Shown in pieces: positions 1-9,164 of a stretch of 64,000 nt of DNA. The translations under genes and the position numbers were made by a program. Each line of letters starts with the position of its first letter. Within the stretch, counting starts at the first letter, position 1. The stretch lies in assembly GCA_965248925.1 (NCBI GenBank), contig CBDFLE010000005.1, forward strand, positions 832,001 through 896,000. Direction: 5' to 3'. The DNA is from Candidatus Multivoradales bacterium (GTDB lineage: Bacteria; Acidobacteriota; Thermoanaerobaculia; Multivoradales; J023). The notes below the pieces were generated by a model. It did not search any database. It worked only from the letters and a program-made list of their open reading frames with translations, and was not told the origin of the DNA.

Positions 1-617
1 TTGATTTGCAGATGATCTGGCAGCAGCTTCAGCCAACCGAAAGCCAGTCTGAACAAAGCTCCGGCCGCCAGGCCAAAGAAGACAAAACGCGACCGATCGC
101 CCCCTTCTTCACTGGCCACCAAAACCTCAGCACAAGCGGTGCCTTCCGGGTAGGGTAAATGACCATGCTGGCCAGCGATCAGGTAACGCCGCAAGGGGAT
201 CATGAAAAGTACGCCGAGCAGGCCGCCGCACATTGCTAGCAAGGTCATCTGCAACAGCGACGGCGCCACCCCCCAGAGAAAGAGGGCCGGCAAGGTGAAG
301 ATCACTCCACTAGCCACCGAACTCGACGCCGAGCCAATGGTCTGAGAAAGATTTGCTTCGAGCAAAGAGCCGCCCAGCAGCTTGAAGACCGCCACGGTCA
401 TCACCGCCACCGGAATCGAGGTTGAGATAGTCAGCCCGACCTTGAGTCCAAGAAAGGCGTTAGCGGCGCCAAAAAGAACGCCAAAAATCATCCCCGCCAG
501 CACCGACTTGAGGGTGACTTCCGCCGGATTGCTAGTTGGCGACACGTAGGGCTCGTAACTGCCCCCTGGTGGGATCGGCTCATAGGCCTGATTCGACAAG
601 CCCTGCTGCTTCTTCAT
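1..617 (-). CDS. OPT-family oligopeptide transporter (5' part; runs off window start)
   Basis: Manual translation from ATG 617: MKKQQGLSNQAYEPIPPGGSYEPYVSPTSNPAEVTLKSVLAGMIFGVLFGAANAFLGLKVGLTISTSIPVAV..., a typical OPT N-terminus. ATGA overlap with the upstream gene. Confidence 0.9.
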   Translation of the reverse strand, partial: MKKQQGLSNQAYEPIPPGGSYEPYVSPTSNPAEVTLKSVLAGMIFGVLFGAANAFLGLKVGLTISTSIPVAVMTVAVFKLLGGSLLEANLSQTIGSASSSVASGVIFTLPALFLWGVAPSLLQMTLLAMCGGLLGVLFMIPLRRYLIAGQHGHLPYPEGTACAEVLVASEEGGDRSRFVFFGLAAGALFRLAFGWLKLLPDHLQI

Positions 618-3238
618 CGCTCGCTTCCCCATCGTGATTGGTAGATCGGCGGCGGACCGTAGAGGTCGTCCATCGCACAATTTGCTGGCGGTAGGCTGCT
701 CGCCCCGCCGCTGCCGCCGATCGGACTGCCCGGGGGCGGCGCCAAAACCTGGCGGGCCGCTAGCGGCGCCGCATACTGACGGTTCAAGAACCGCAGCAAG
801 CGCTGCTGCAGCACCTCGGCCCGTGGATCGTCGTCCACATCCGCCAGCCGCCGGGCCAACTTGTCGAGCGCCCATTCCGACCAGTCGCGCACCGCTGGCA
901 AGGCTTCCTCATCAGCGGCTAGACGCAGTAGGTTCTCGCCCACCACTGCCCGCACCACCCGCCGCAGCTCCATCCAGCCTTGCGGCTCCGCCGTCGACTG
1001 TCGAGACACCAGAGCTTGATCGAGTAAGGCCAAGAGGATCTCTCGCGGACTGGGAAGTTGGCTGTCGCGGCGGTGGAACTCGATCACTCGAGCAAAGCGT
1101 TCGCGCTGCAAGATCGAACCGACAATCTGATCCGCCAGCGACTCGGTGGCACTCAATAGATCGAAGGCGGGGGCCGCGCGGCTGGCGAACATCTCACGAT
1201 TGCGCCCCTGGCCATAAGGACGCGGCGCCAACAGGTCTAGCACCTCATTGTTCACCGTCAGCTGCTCTGCATCGAGCTCGTGCAGCAGGCTGTCGAGAGC
1301 CAGACGTTGACGACGCCCATCGACTATCTCGGTCGGCTGTTGACCATCTCCCGCCAAGGCGTAGTGATACTCCATGCCGCCGATCACCTTGGCGGCGGCG
1401 GCGAGCTGGTAGCGGTGGTGAAAATAAACTGGTGCCAGCACCTCTTGCAGCTCGGCCAGGGGGCGACCGGGGTGTAGATTGTCGATGCCGAAGCCGCGCA
1501 GGGCATGGCCGCGGTTGGCACTGACGTTAGCCAGTTCGGCCACCGGATCTTCGCCGTTGTCCCACAGATTGGCGCGCGGATCCGCGGCCCCCGCCGGCCG
1601 TGCGTCGGCATCGCTGAGCAACAGCAAGCCGCCGGCGACCGCCCGCTCTACCATTTGCCGCAGCTCGCTGGCCCGGTTGCTGGTCGGCGCCAGTTGACGG
1701 TAGGCATAGGAGATGGCGAAGTCGTCCCAAGCGCCGACCCCCACACCATAAGCCCGAGACACATCGAGCACCCCAGCGGCGGTCAGCCGCATTGCTGGCG
1801 CCGGATAGTCCATCACCGAAGCTCGGCCGCCATAAGTCGAAGCGGCGAAATTATGGGTCAGCCCCAAGGTATGTCCCACCTCGTGAGCGGCCAGCTGACG
1901 AATTCGCGCCAGAGCCAGCTCGATCGGGTCGCGGTCACTGCCCGAGCCGGTTTCAGCCACTCCGAGTATGCCTTCAAAAAGTAGAATGTCTTGGCGTACC
2001 CGTAACGAACCCAGGCTGACATGGCCTTTGATGATCTCACCTGTGCGCGGGTCGTAGATCGAACTGCCATACGACCAACCACGGGTGGCGCGATGCACCC
2101 ACTGGATGACGTTGTAGCGCACATCCAGCGGATGGGCATCGGCGGGCAGCAGCTCGACTCTGAAGGCATCGACAAAACCAGCCTTGGCAAAGGCCGTAGA
2201 CCACCAGCGAGCGCCGTCGAGCAGCGCCGAGCGCACCGGCTCCGGTGCCCCCCGGTCAACGTAGTAGACAATCGGCTGGCGCACCGGCGAAGACTCGGCG
2301 CTGGCATCGGTCTTCTCCAACCGGTGGCGGATCAAGGTGCGTCGCAGGAGAGGTTGGTCGAGGCCAGTCGCGTAGTCAACCACCTCCAAGGCGTAGACCC
2401 CGGCCCGTGGATCGAAGGGCCGCTGCTCAAAACCCGCGGGCGGCAGGCGGACCAGCGATTGATGTTGCACCAAGGTGATGGACTTGGCCGCCGGAGTGGT
2501 GGCGATCACCTGTGCGCCGGGGCCGTCTTCATCCAGGCCAAAGGTGAGCACGGCCTCGAATTCCAGGTTGTCGGGAAAAGCTAGGCAGGCGGCCAGGTCG
2601 ACGGCGCTGCGCTGCGCATCGAGTAAGTACTCCCCTTGGCCGCTGTCGAACAGGGTATCGACGACGCCGTGCGCATCGCGCAGCAGGAAGGGCGTCAAAT
2701 CGATCAGTTGTCGACCATTGCCAGCTTCGGCGGCGACTTCAGCAGCCCAAATCACTGAACTAGCGAAAGACTGGCGGGTGGCGTTGCGCTCGTCGGCCGA
2801 GTCGCTCAACGCCTGGAAGCGCAGATTGGGCTGCTCGAATAGGATGCGCCCACCCACCCGTCGCAGCACCAGCAAACGCGACTCCCCCATCTGGCCGCGA
2901 TCAAGCCCCACCGGATTCGAGCCCAGGCCGGTCAACAGCCCTTCCAGGTGGATCAATCTCAACACTTCGCCATCGGCCGCGGGCGCCGGCAACTCGAGCC
3001 AGACCTTGCCATGGCGGCGATCGAGATGAAGGCCGAGCAGGCCGGAGCGCCGTTCGAGGCCCTCGAGAATCTCGGAATAGGCGTCCGCCGCAGCTACTGG
3101 GGGTTGTTTCTTGGCCACCGCGAGGGCGGCGAACAGCAAGAATGAGAGCCCGACGAGCAGCCCAGCCAACTGGTTGATGGAGAGGCCAAGACGGCCTCGA
3201 TCTGCCTGGCGTAGTAGTGAGAAAAGGACCTTCGGCAA
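614..3238 (-). CDS. Secreted zinc-dependent metalloprotease (DUF5117/DUF4953 Met-zincin type)
   Basis: Signal-like N-terminus, DPRTGEIIKG, HEVGHTLGLTHNF zinc motif and SVMDYP Met-turn. Confidence 0.88.
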   Translation of the reverse strand: MPKVLFSLLRQADRGRLGLSINQLAGLLVGLSFLLFAALAVAKKQPPVAAADAYSEILEGLERRSGLLGLHLDRRHGKVWLELPAPAADGEVLRLIHLEGLLTGLGSNPVGLDRGQMGESRLLVLRRVGGRILFEQPNLRFQALSDSADERNATRQSFASSVIWAAEVAAEAGNGRQLIDLTPFLLRDAHGVVDTLFDSGQGEYLLDAQRSAVDLAACLAFPDNLEFEAVLTFGLDEDGPGAQVIATTPAAKSITLVQHQSLVRLPPAGFEQRPFDPRAGVYALEVVDYATGLDQPLLRRTLIRHRLEKTDASAESSPVRQPIVYYVDRGAPEPVRSALLDGARWWSTAFAKAGFVDAFRVELLPADAHPLDVRYNVIQWVHRATRGWSYGSSIYDPRTGEIIKGHVSLGSLRVRQDILLFEGILGVAETGSGSDRDPIELALARIRQLAAHEVGHTLGLTHNFAASTYGGRASVMDYPAPAMRLTAAGVLDVSRAYGVGVGAWDDFAISYAYRQLAPTSNRASELRQMVERAVAGGLLLLSDADARPAGAADPRANLWDNGEDPVAELANVSANRGHALRGFGIDNLHPGRPLAELQEVLAPVYFHHRYQLAAAAKVIGGMEYHYALAGDGQQPTEIVDGRRQRLALDSLLHELDAEQLTVNNEVLDLLAPRPYGQGRNREMFASRAAPAFDLLSATESLADQIVGSILQRERFARVIEFHRRDSQLPSPREILLALLDQALVSRQSTAEPQGWMELRRVVRAVVGENLLRLAADEEALPAVRDWSEWALDKLARRLADVDDDPRAEVLQQRLLRFLNRQYAAPLAARQVLAPPPGSPIGGSGGASSLPPANCAMDDLYGPPPIYQSRWGSER

Positions 3239-3415
3239 CGAAGTCTCCCCAGGGGTTCAGCATTCACGAGCTCAGCTCGGGTGGGTTGGAAGGACGAGAG
3301 CCGGGCCGATCTTAGCATTCAGCTGATGAGCCTCCGGTGGCTCTCTGATAGCTTCGGCGGGCATCCACTATCCTCAGTCATCCAACCACCGAATTCCTCT
3401 GGAATCGGTTTCGCC

Positions 3416-5071
3416 GTGGAGATCTCGCCCGTGTTCGCCAACCGCTCCCTATTGCTTCGCACCAGCCTCGCGCTAGTCATGCTCTCGACAGTCTTGGGCT
3501 GCATCCTGCCCCTGGCCGCGCAGACTGAGGGCACCCCCGAGTCCGCGGCCGTCTACAGCGTGCCCGCTGAGCACGCTTCGGCGCGAGCCACCATGCAAAC
3601 TTTCTTGCAGTCCTTCGAATCCAGCCTCGCCGGCTCCGGCGGCGATTCCTTCAGTGAGGCCGCCGACTGTCTCGACTTGACGCAGATTCCGCGCTTGATC
3701 CGCGCCACCAAAGGGGCCGAGCTAGCGGTGAGCCTCAAGGAAATTATCGACCGCGTTGAGGTGATCGATTTCAAGCAGATCTCAGATGCCGCCAGCGCCC
3801 CCCCTTACCGCCTGCCGGTTTTCAATCACGGCGACATTGTGATCTCCGCCAATAGCCGCGGCGAATGGCGTTTCGACAGCGCCACCGTCGAGGCGATTCC
3901 AGGTCTCCTGGACGCCACCCAGGAGCGTGCCAAGGTGGAGGGCATCGTCGAGGTCGATCGGCTACCGCTGTCGATGCAGATCCGCGCCGCCGTGCCGAGC
4001 AAGCTGCGTGCCTCATTCCTAACCCTGGAACTCTGGCAGTGGATCGGCCTCGCCAGCCTGCTGGTACTCGGCTGGCTGGCAGATATCGTTGTCGTGGCGA
4101 TCTTCCGTGTGCTGCTTCGTCGGCGGCTGTTACAAGCAGCCTTCGTGGTCGAGCCGGGGCGCCTGGCCAAGGTGCTGCGACCGGTGGGGTTGGTGGCCTT
4201 GGCGCTGGTCTGGGGCGCCGGCATCCACGCCCTGGGCCTACCCACGGGCCTGGCGCTGGTGCTCAGCAGAGCGGCGCGACTAATACTCACCGTCAGCATC
4301 GTCTGGGCGCTCTACAAGGCCATCGATCTAGCCACCGCGCTCTACGCGCCGCGGGCCTCGGAGACCGACAGCAAACTCGACGACCTGCTGCTGCCGCTGC
4401 TGCGCAAGACCTTCAAGATGGCGGTTTTCGCTTTCGGCTTGGTGTTCATTGCCGACAGCCTCAATCTGCCGATCACCAGCCTGGTGGCCGGCCTCGGCAT
4501 CGGCGGCTTGGCCTTGGCCTTGGCGGCCAAAGACACGGTGGAGAACTTCTTCGGCTCCTTGACGGTGATGATCGACAAACCCTTCCAGGTTGGCGATTCG
4601 GTCAAGATCGACGGTATTTCTGGCACGGTCACCGAAGTCGGCTTTCGCAGCACCCGCATCCGCACCTTCTACGATTCCTACCTGACCTTGCCCAACTCCA
4701 AGCTGATCAACGCCGCCGTCGACAACATGGGCGAGCGCCGCTTCCGCCGCTGGAGCACCTCCATCGGCCTGGCCTACGACACCTCGGCCGACCAGATTGA
4801 TGCTTTCTGCGCCGGCGTCCGCCAGCTTGTCCTCGACCACCCGGCCACCCGCAAAGACGGTTTCCAGGTTGCCTTTAAAGACTTCGGCCCCTCCTCCATC
4901 GACATCATGCTCTACATCTTCTTCACCGTCCCCGGCTGGGCCCAAGAACTCGAAGGGCGCCAGCAGCTGGCTCTCGATATCCTGCGCTTGGCGGAAAAGA
5001 TGGAGATCGAAATCGCCTTTCCGACGACGACGGTACACCTGCGGCGGGAGGAGGGAGGGGACTCGCCATAG
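3416..5071 (+). CDS. mscS: MscS-family mechanosensitive channel with periplasmic N-terminal domain
   Basis: GLGIGGLALALAAKDTVENFFGSLTVMIDKPFQVGD and IEIAFPT motifs. Start uncertain (ORF is open from 3281). Confidence 0.88.
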   Translation: MEISPVFANRSLLLRTSLALVMLSTVLGCILPLAAQTEGTPESAAVYSVPAEHASARATMQTFLQSFESSLAGSGGDSFSEAADCLDLTQIPRLIRATKGAELAVSLKEIIDRVEVIDFKQISDAASAPPYRLPVFNHGDIVISANSRGEWRFDSATVEAIPGLLDATQERAKVEGIVEVDRLPLSMQIRAAVPSKLRASFLTLELWQWIGLASLLVLGWLADIVVVAIFRVLLRRRLLQAAFVVEPGRLAKVLRPVGLVALALVWGAGIHALGLPTGLALVLSRAARLILTVSIVWALYKAIDLATALYAPRASETDSKLDDLLLPLLRKTFKMAVFAFGLVFIADSLNLPITSLVAGLGIGGLALALAAKDTVENFFGSLTVMIDKPFQVGDSVKIDGISGTVTEVGFRSTRIRTFYDSYLTLPNSKLINAAVDNMGERRFRRWSTSIGLAYDTSADQIDAFCAGVRQLVLDHPATRKDGFQVAFKDFGPSSIDIMLYIFFTVPGWAQELEGRQQLALDILRLAEKMEIEIAFPTTTVHLRREEGGDSP

Positions 5072-5072
5072 C

Positions 5073-5545
5073 GTGAAACTACGCCTTGTCTCGACTGCCG
5101 CTGTTCTGGCGCTCATTGGCGTGAGGGTCGCCCTGTTTTATAACGTGCCGAGTGGCCCGGACGAGCCCGTCGAGTCGGGTGACTTCCGGTTTGACCCCGA
5201 TCCAGGGCACGTCTTGCTGTCGGTGAAGCAGATCGGTAGCACGGTGGTTCGGCCTCCAGCTTGTTCGCTGATGATCGCCTGGTGATCGGGAAGATCGATC
5301 GTCGCGGCGTGCCAACGGGCTCTACTTCGGAGATTGCTCTGTCGACCGAGCAGGCCGTGGAGTTGGCCGGCCTGGCGGTCGACGGCGGCCTGATGGAATG
5401 GCATCTCAATCAAGTCGAGATCTCCATTGACTCGCCAACCTCGCGGCCAAACGCGAGTGCCGAGGTTCAAGCACTTGCTGAAATTGTGCGCGAGCTGCGC
5501 CACTATCAGCGAGAGGCCAGGCGACGAGCAGCCCGAGAAGGATAG
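5073..5545 (+). pseudogene. Frameshifted, shortened paralog of the island secreted protein at 12855-13436
   Basis: GTG 5073 gives MKLRLVSTAAVLAL...DEPVESGDFRFDPDPGHVLLS. After a frame change near 5260 it reads LFADDRL...GLAVDGGLMEW...EVQALA. The 12855 protein has DEPVESGEFWFDPDPEHVLIS, LFADGHL, GLAVDGRLMDY and EIQALS. Confidence 0.8.
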
Positions 5546-5706
5546 CTCCACTAGCCAGTTTCGGCCAGCAACCCTTTGCACAGCGCACCCACAGCGATAC
5601 GGGCAGCTCTTTCTTCGAGAGTGACTCGCCTGGTTACCTGGATATACCGAGACAAGGAGAGCGAGCGGGGTAGTGCCTCCCGTAACTAGCTGATTATAAA
5701 GATAAC

Positions 5707-5759
5707 GCCGGAGATGGGACTCGAACCCACATGCCTTGCGGCGGCGGATTTTAAGTCCG
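5707..5759 (-). repeat. att site: duplicated 3' 53 bp of tRNA-Leu(TAA)
   Basis: Identical to 16435-16487 (gccggagatgggactcgaacccacatgccttgcggcggcggattttaagtccg). Confidence 0.95.
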
Positions 5760-5886
5760 GCTACCTCGACTTCGCGTAGCTACGGCACGCTACGCGAAGT
5801 CTCCATAAGCCTCTTACTTCTAGCAGTTACCGCTTCTCCCGTGCTATGCTCGTCTGCGACATGCTACCCGCCACCGCGCCACTTCC

Positions 5887-5908
5887 TGGTTACTTGGTGG
5901 TTACTCGG
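5887..5908 (+). promoter_or_regulatory. Putative integrase arm-type binding sites (2 x 11 bp)
   Basis: TGGTTACTTGG-TGGTTACTCGG; a near-identical tandem pair occurs at the other island end (16350-16371). Confidence 0.7.
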
Positions 5909-5916
5909 GAGAAGGC

Positions 5917-7089
5917 ATGCGACTGACCAAGCGAGCAATCGACGCGGCGACCTTCGAGGGCGGCACCGACTACCGATGGGATGACGCCCTGCCTGGCTTC
6001 GGACTTAGGCTCTACCCGAGCGGCAAGAAGTCCTTTGCGGTGGCCTACCGCGTGAAGGGGCGGAAGCGAATCATGATCCTCGGATCGTATGGCGCGCTCA
6101 CCCTGAACCAGGCGCGCGACCGGGCCAAGCGTGTCCTCGCTGATGCGCTCGACGGCACCGACACCGCCGAAGCTCGCCACGCGGTCTTTGCAGCTTCCAC
6201 CGTTGCCGACCTCGCCGACCGTTATCTCCGCGAGCACGCCATTCCCAAGAAGAAGCCGTCCAGTGTGAAGAGCGACACGCAATTGCTCACCAACCACATC
6301 CTGCCGGCGTTCGGTGCTCGCAGGGTTAGCGAAGTCACGCGCCCCGATGTTGTGGCGCTCCATACAAAGGTGGGGACGACCGCCCCAGGAGCAGCGAACC
6401 GAGTGATCGCTGTTGTCTCGAAGATGTTCAATCTCGCCGAGATCTGGGAACTGCGGCCAGATGGCTCCAACCCTTGCCGCCACGTCAAGCGCTTCAAAGA
6501 GCGCAAGCTCGATCGATACCTCTCGGGTGCTGAGCTAGCCACGCTCGGCCAGGTGCTCACCGAGACCGAGCAAGCGCAAACCGAACACCCGTCCGTGATC
6601 GCCGCTATCCGGCTTCTCCTCTTCACCGGCTGTCGGGTCGGAGAGATCCTCTCGCTCAGGTGGCAGGACGTGGACTTCGATCGCCACTACCTCCACCTGC
6701 CCGACTCGAAGACCGGCCGCAAGACGATCTACCTCAACCCGCCGGCTCTCTCGGTGCTCGCCGACCTGGAACGTGTCGAGGGTAATCCCTACATCCTGCC
6801 TGGCCGCAAAGTCGGGCATCACTTCGTCAGCATCAATGACCCGTGGGGCCGAATCCGCACGATCGCCGGCCTCGAAGAGGTCCGGCTACATGATCTGCGG
6901 CACACGTTCGCGAGCATGGGTGTTGCCGCTGGCTTCTCCCTGCCGATCATCGGCAAGATGCTCGGGCACACCCAAGCGGTGACGACTGAGCGATACGCGC
7001 ACTTGGCGGCTGACCCGATTCGGCGGGCGGTGGATGGGGTGGGTGGGGAGATTGCGGCGGCGTTGGGGGCGGTAGCTGGTCAGCCCTGA
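5917..7089 (+). CDS. int: Tyrosine recombinase / phage-type integrase with N-terminal arm-binding domain
   Basis: N-terminal LTKRAID..WDDALPGFGLR; catalytic TGCR, HDLRH, LGH and TERYAH motifs. Confidence 0.95.
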   Translation: MRLTKRAIDAATFEGGTDYRWDDALPGFGLRLYPSGKKSFAVAYRVKGRKRIMILGSYGALTLNQARDRAKRVLADALDGTDTAEARHAVFAASTVADLADRYLREHAIPKKKPSSVKSDTQLLTNHILPAFGARRVSEVTRPDVVALHTKVGTTAPGAANRVIAVVSKMFNLAEIWELRPDGSNPCRHVKRFKERKLDRYLSGAELATLGQVLTETEQAQTEHPSVIAAIRLLLFTGCRVGEILSLRWQDVDFDRHYLHLPDSKTGRKTIYLNPPALSVLADLERVEGNPYILPGRKVGHHFVSINDPWGRIRTIAGLEEVRLHDLRHTFASMGVAAGFSLPIIGKMLGHTQAVTTERYAHLAADPIRRAVDGVGGEIAAALGAVAGQP

Positions 7090-7865
7090 CCCCCAGCTGC
7101 ACATTTCTCACGCCACGAGACTTCCGGATCAGGCGGCACAGTTACTTCACAGCTGTATTTACCCGCATCGAGCCGGAAGACCGTTGTCTTGCCTGGATGG
7201 CGTTGACAGGCGATCTCGCGGCTCGAGAAGGCAAGCGTCGAGCCCCGCCGCCACGGCTCGCTACAGGTGGCGCCCTCGACTTTCAACTCCTCCCGCAATC
7301 TGATCCTGAGATCAAAGAAAACGTCGGAGAACCACCGTGCACCAAATACAATCTCCCCGCCGTCGCCTGGGATCGCAGTGCAGGCAAGGAGTCGCGTCCC
7401 GCCGCTGTGCCAGAACTGGCGAAAATATCGCATGCAGGTTTGCCACGGCCAGAGTAAATCCGTCGGCGTCTGAGCATACGCTTCCTGCCATACAGGAAGC
7501 CACTCCTCGGATCCAACCAACGATTCCTGGCTCTCGCAATGCACTCCCCGCCACCGATCCGCGCGGGCCTGATCGACGATATACTCCCTACCCCTACCGC
7601 CCAGCACCGTCTGATCGTAGACAACTGTTCCTTCTCCGATTCCCAAGTGCCGCAGGTCCGAGCCCGTCTGGGGGTCGACTCGGCAGAGCGCCTTCTCGAC
7701 TGCTTCAGCCATCTCGGGGAAGCATGCCAGCGTTTCTGTTGTAAAGATGCCCTGACGACTCGTTTCGAGACACGCGGCAAAGGACGGGCTCGGCCTTGGC
7801 ATGCTTGCGCACGCCACAAGACCGAGCAGCGGGATGATGTGCAGTAGCTTCGCGACTCTCAGCAT
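7080..7865 (-). CDS. Hypothetical Cys-containing lipoprotein (candidate partner/immunity protein)
   Basis: MLRVAKLLHIIPLLGLVA-C lipobox-like signal; start overlaps the stop of the PLA2-like gene. Confidence 0.65.
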   Translation of the reverse strand: MLRVAKLLHIIPLLGLVACASMPRPSPSFAACLETSRQGIFTTETLACFPEMAEAVEKALCRVDPQTGSDLRHLGIGEGTVVYDQTVLGGRGREYIVDQARADRWRGVHCESQESLVGSEEWLPVWQEAYAQTPTDLLWPWQTCMRYFRQFWHSGGTRLLACTAIPGDGGEIVFGARWFSDVFFDLRIRLREELKVEGATCSEPWRRGSTLAFSSREIACQRHPGKTTVFRLDAGKYSCEVTVPPDPEVSWREKCAAGGQG

Positions 7866-8479
7866 GCGCACTCAGGGCAGCAGATCTGCTGATCGACCGA
7901 CAGACATTGTTTGCATGCAACAAACAAGCATAGTTCCGGATTCGGGCCTGGCAGCGGCGGCGTGTTGAAGTAGCACAGCCCGCGCCCGCAGGCTGGAGGC
8001 AGTGGCGCACCCACGGCCGTACAAGCATCTCGATTGCACCCATGAAGGCATTGGGAACCCAAGAAGATGCCGTTCGTGAACGGAGTTGCGACAGCGGCGA
8101 AGATCGTCCCGGCAATCACCGAGCAGTCTTCGATAAAGTCCTCAGCAGACGAAGCACCATCGAGCGGGAGCGCGACGACTGCCGCGATGGCAACACATGC
8201 GGCTTCCATATCAAGCAGGAATCTCAAGTCACACTGCGCCTTGTCTCCAAGGTCCAAGAACGGCGGGTTCTGGCCGTTGCACTGCCCCCAGCAGCGATCA
8301 TGGGCATCGCACGCCCCCAAGAAGAGGCCGTCAATACCCTGCTGCACCCAACCTGGAGCACCCACGGAGCAGCCGTTAGGCCACGGCGGTTCGAGAGGTT
8401 GCGCGACCAACGAGGAAGACGCGGCGAACGACAAGATCAGAATCAGGGCAGCAGACCGGGAAACAAGGAAAGAACGCAC
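7859..8479 (-). CDS. Secreted phospholipase A2-like protein (group XII/conodipine-like), Cys-rich
   Basis: Signal peptide; NGCS...ACDAHDRCW...CDLRFLLDMEAAC pattern with the His-Asp dyad; 19 Cys counted. Confidence 0.72.
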   Translation of the reverse strand: MRSFLVSRSAALILILSFAASSSLVAQPLEPPWPNGCSVGAPGWVQQGIDGLFLGACDAHDRCWGQCNGQNPPFLDLGDKAQCDLRFLLDMEAACVAIAAVVALPLDGASSAEDFIEDCSVIAGTIFAAVATPFTNGIFLGSQCLHGCNRDACTAVGAPLPPACGRGLCYFNTPPLPGPNPELCLFVACKQCLSVDQQICCPECAC

Positions 8480-8531
8480 ACTGCTTCATAGATCACCTCC
8501 ATACCCAGTAGCCACATCCCTAGACGTTTCG

Positions 8532-8561
8532 AGTATACGGACGACGCGTTCCAATTGTCAA
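8532..8561 (-). promoter_or_regulatory. Near-consensus sigma70 promoter for the PLA2-lipoprotein operon
   Basis: Minus strand TTGACA-N18-TATACT, followed by SD GGAGGTGA at 8500-8493. Confidence 0.7.
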
Positions 8562-8688
8562 CGCCTGCGCCAACTGAGCGGTCGTGCATTCTGTATTCGA
8601 CCGCACAAAAACCCCGAGAGGGTGGGTTTCTTGCACTTTCCGCACGTCGCGCCCGTCCGAGAGAGGAGTAAGCGGTAGGAAACAAGTA

Positions 8689-8816
8689 GACATCGGGGAC
8701 GTCGGGGACATAGTCGGCGGAGGTGAGAGAGGAGAACAGTAGCTGCATAAGGGCTTGCAGTGAATAGAGCTGCAAGTAGGTAAGGGTAAAAAGATGTCCC
8801 CGCCGTCCCCGATGTC
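8689..8816. repeat. 23-bp inverted repeat made of 9-bp-periodic GGGGAC units (ori/iteron-like)
   Basis: gacatcggggacgtcggggacat (8689-8711) vs atgtccccgccgtccccgatgtc (8794-8816), 22/23 complementary. Inner cttgcag/ctgcaag pair. Confidence 0.85.
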
Positions 8817-8944
8817 CCCCGAAGCCACCTTCTCATTCTCTTCTTAACGAGGATAAAGGTCAGAGCGACGGTGGTGAGAGTTGCCAGAAGTGGCACGTTT
8901 GTCTGCCTTTTGTGAATCTCGGGGTCGCGATAGGCTTCGGACCA

Positions 8945-9115
8945 ATGCAAACCGACAAAATGGAGAGCCAATACACCAAACGTTTGCAGGAAATATATGC
9001 GAACGAAGTGGATCTCGAACTGACCGACGAAGAAGCCACAGAAGCACTACGTAGCCTCACTGACCTAGCTGAGACATTTTTTGTTGACAGTGATGCACCC
9101 GAGTGCCTATGGTGA
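8945..9115 (+). CDS. Small acidic hypothetical protein
   Basis: 56-aa ORF (MQTDKMESQYTKRLQEIYANE...) directly upstream of the xis-like gene. Confidence 0.45.
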   Translation: MQTDKMESQYTKRLQEIYANEVDLELTDEEATEALRSLTDLAETFFVDSDAPECLW

Positions 9116-9164
9116 TTTCAGAACGTTGACAACAGCATCACGCTCGAACATATGGAGGGCACAC

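Noticed and set aside
5707-5790. Second tRNA-Leu gene
   Set aside because: Only the 3' 53 nt are present; the D-arm and 5' acceptor strand are missing, so it is an att repeat.
8520-8828. 102-aa ORF (GDIGDGGD...SPTSPMS) as a real protein
   Set aside because: Its pattern is a by-product of the DNA inverted repeat, and it runs over the PLA2 promoter.
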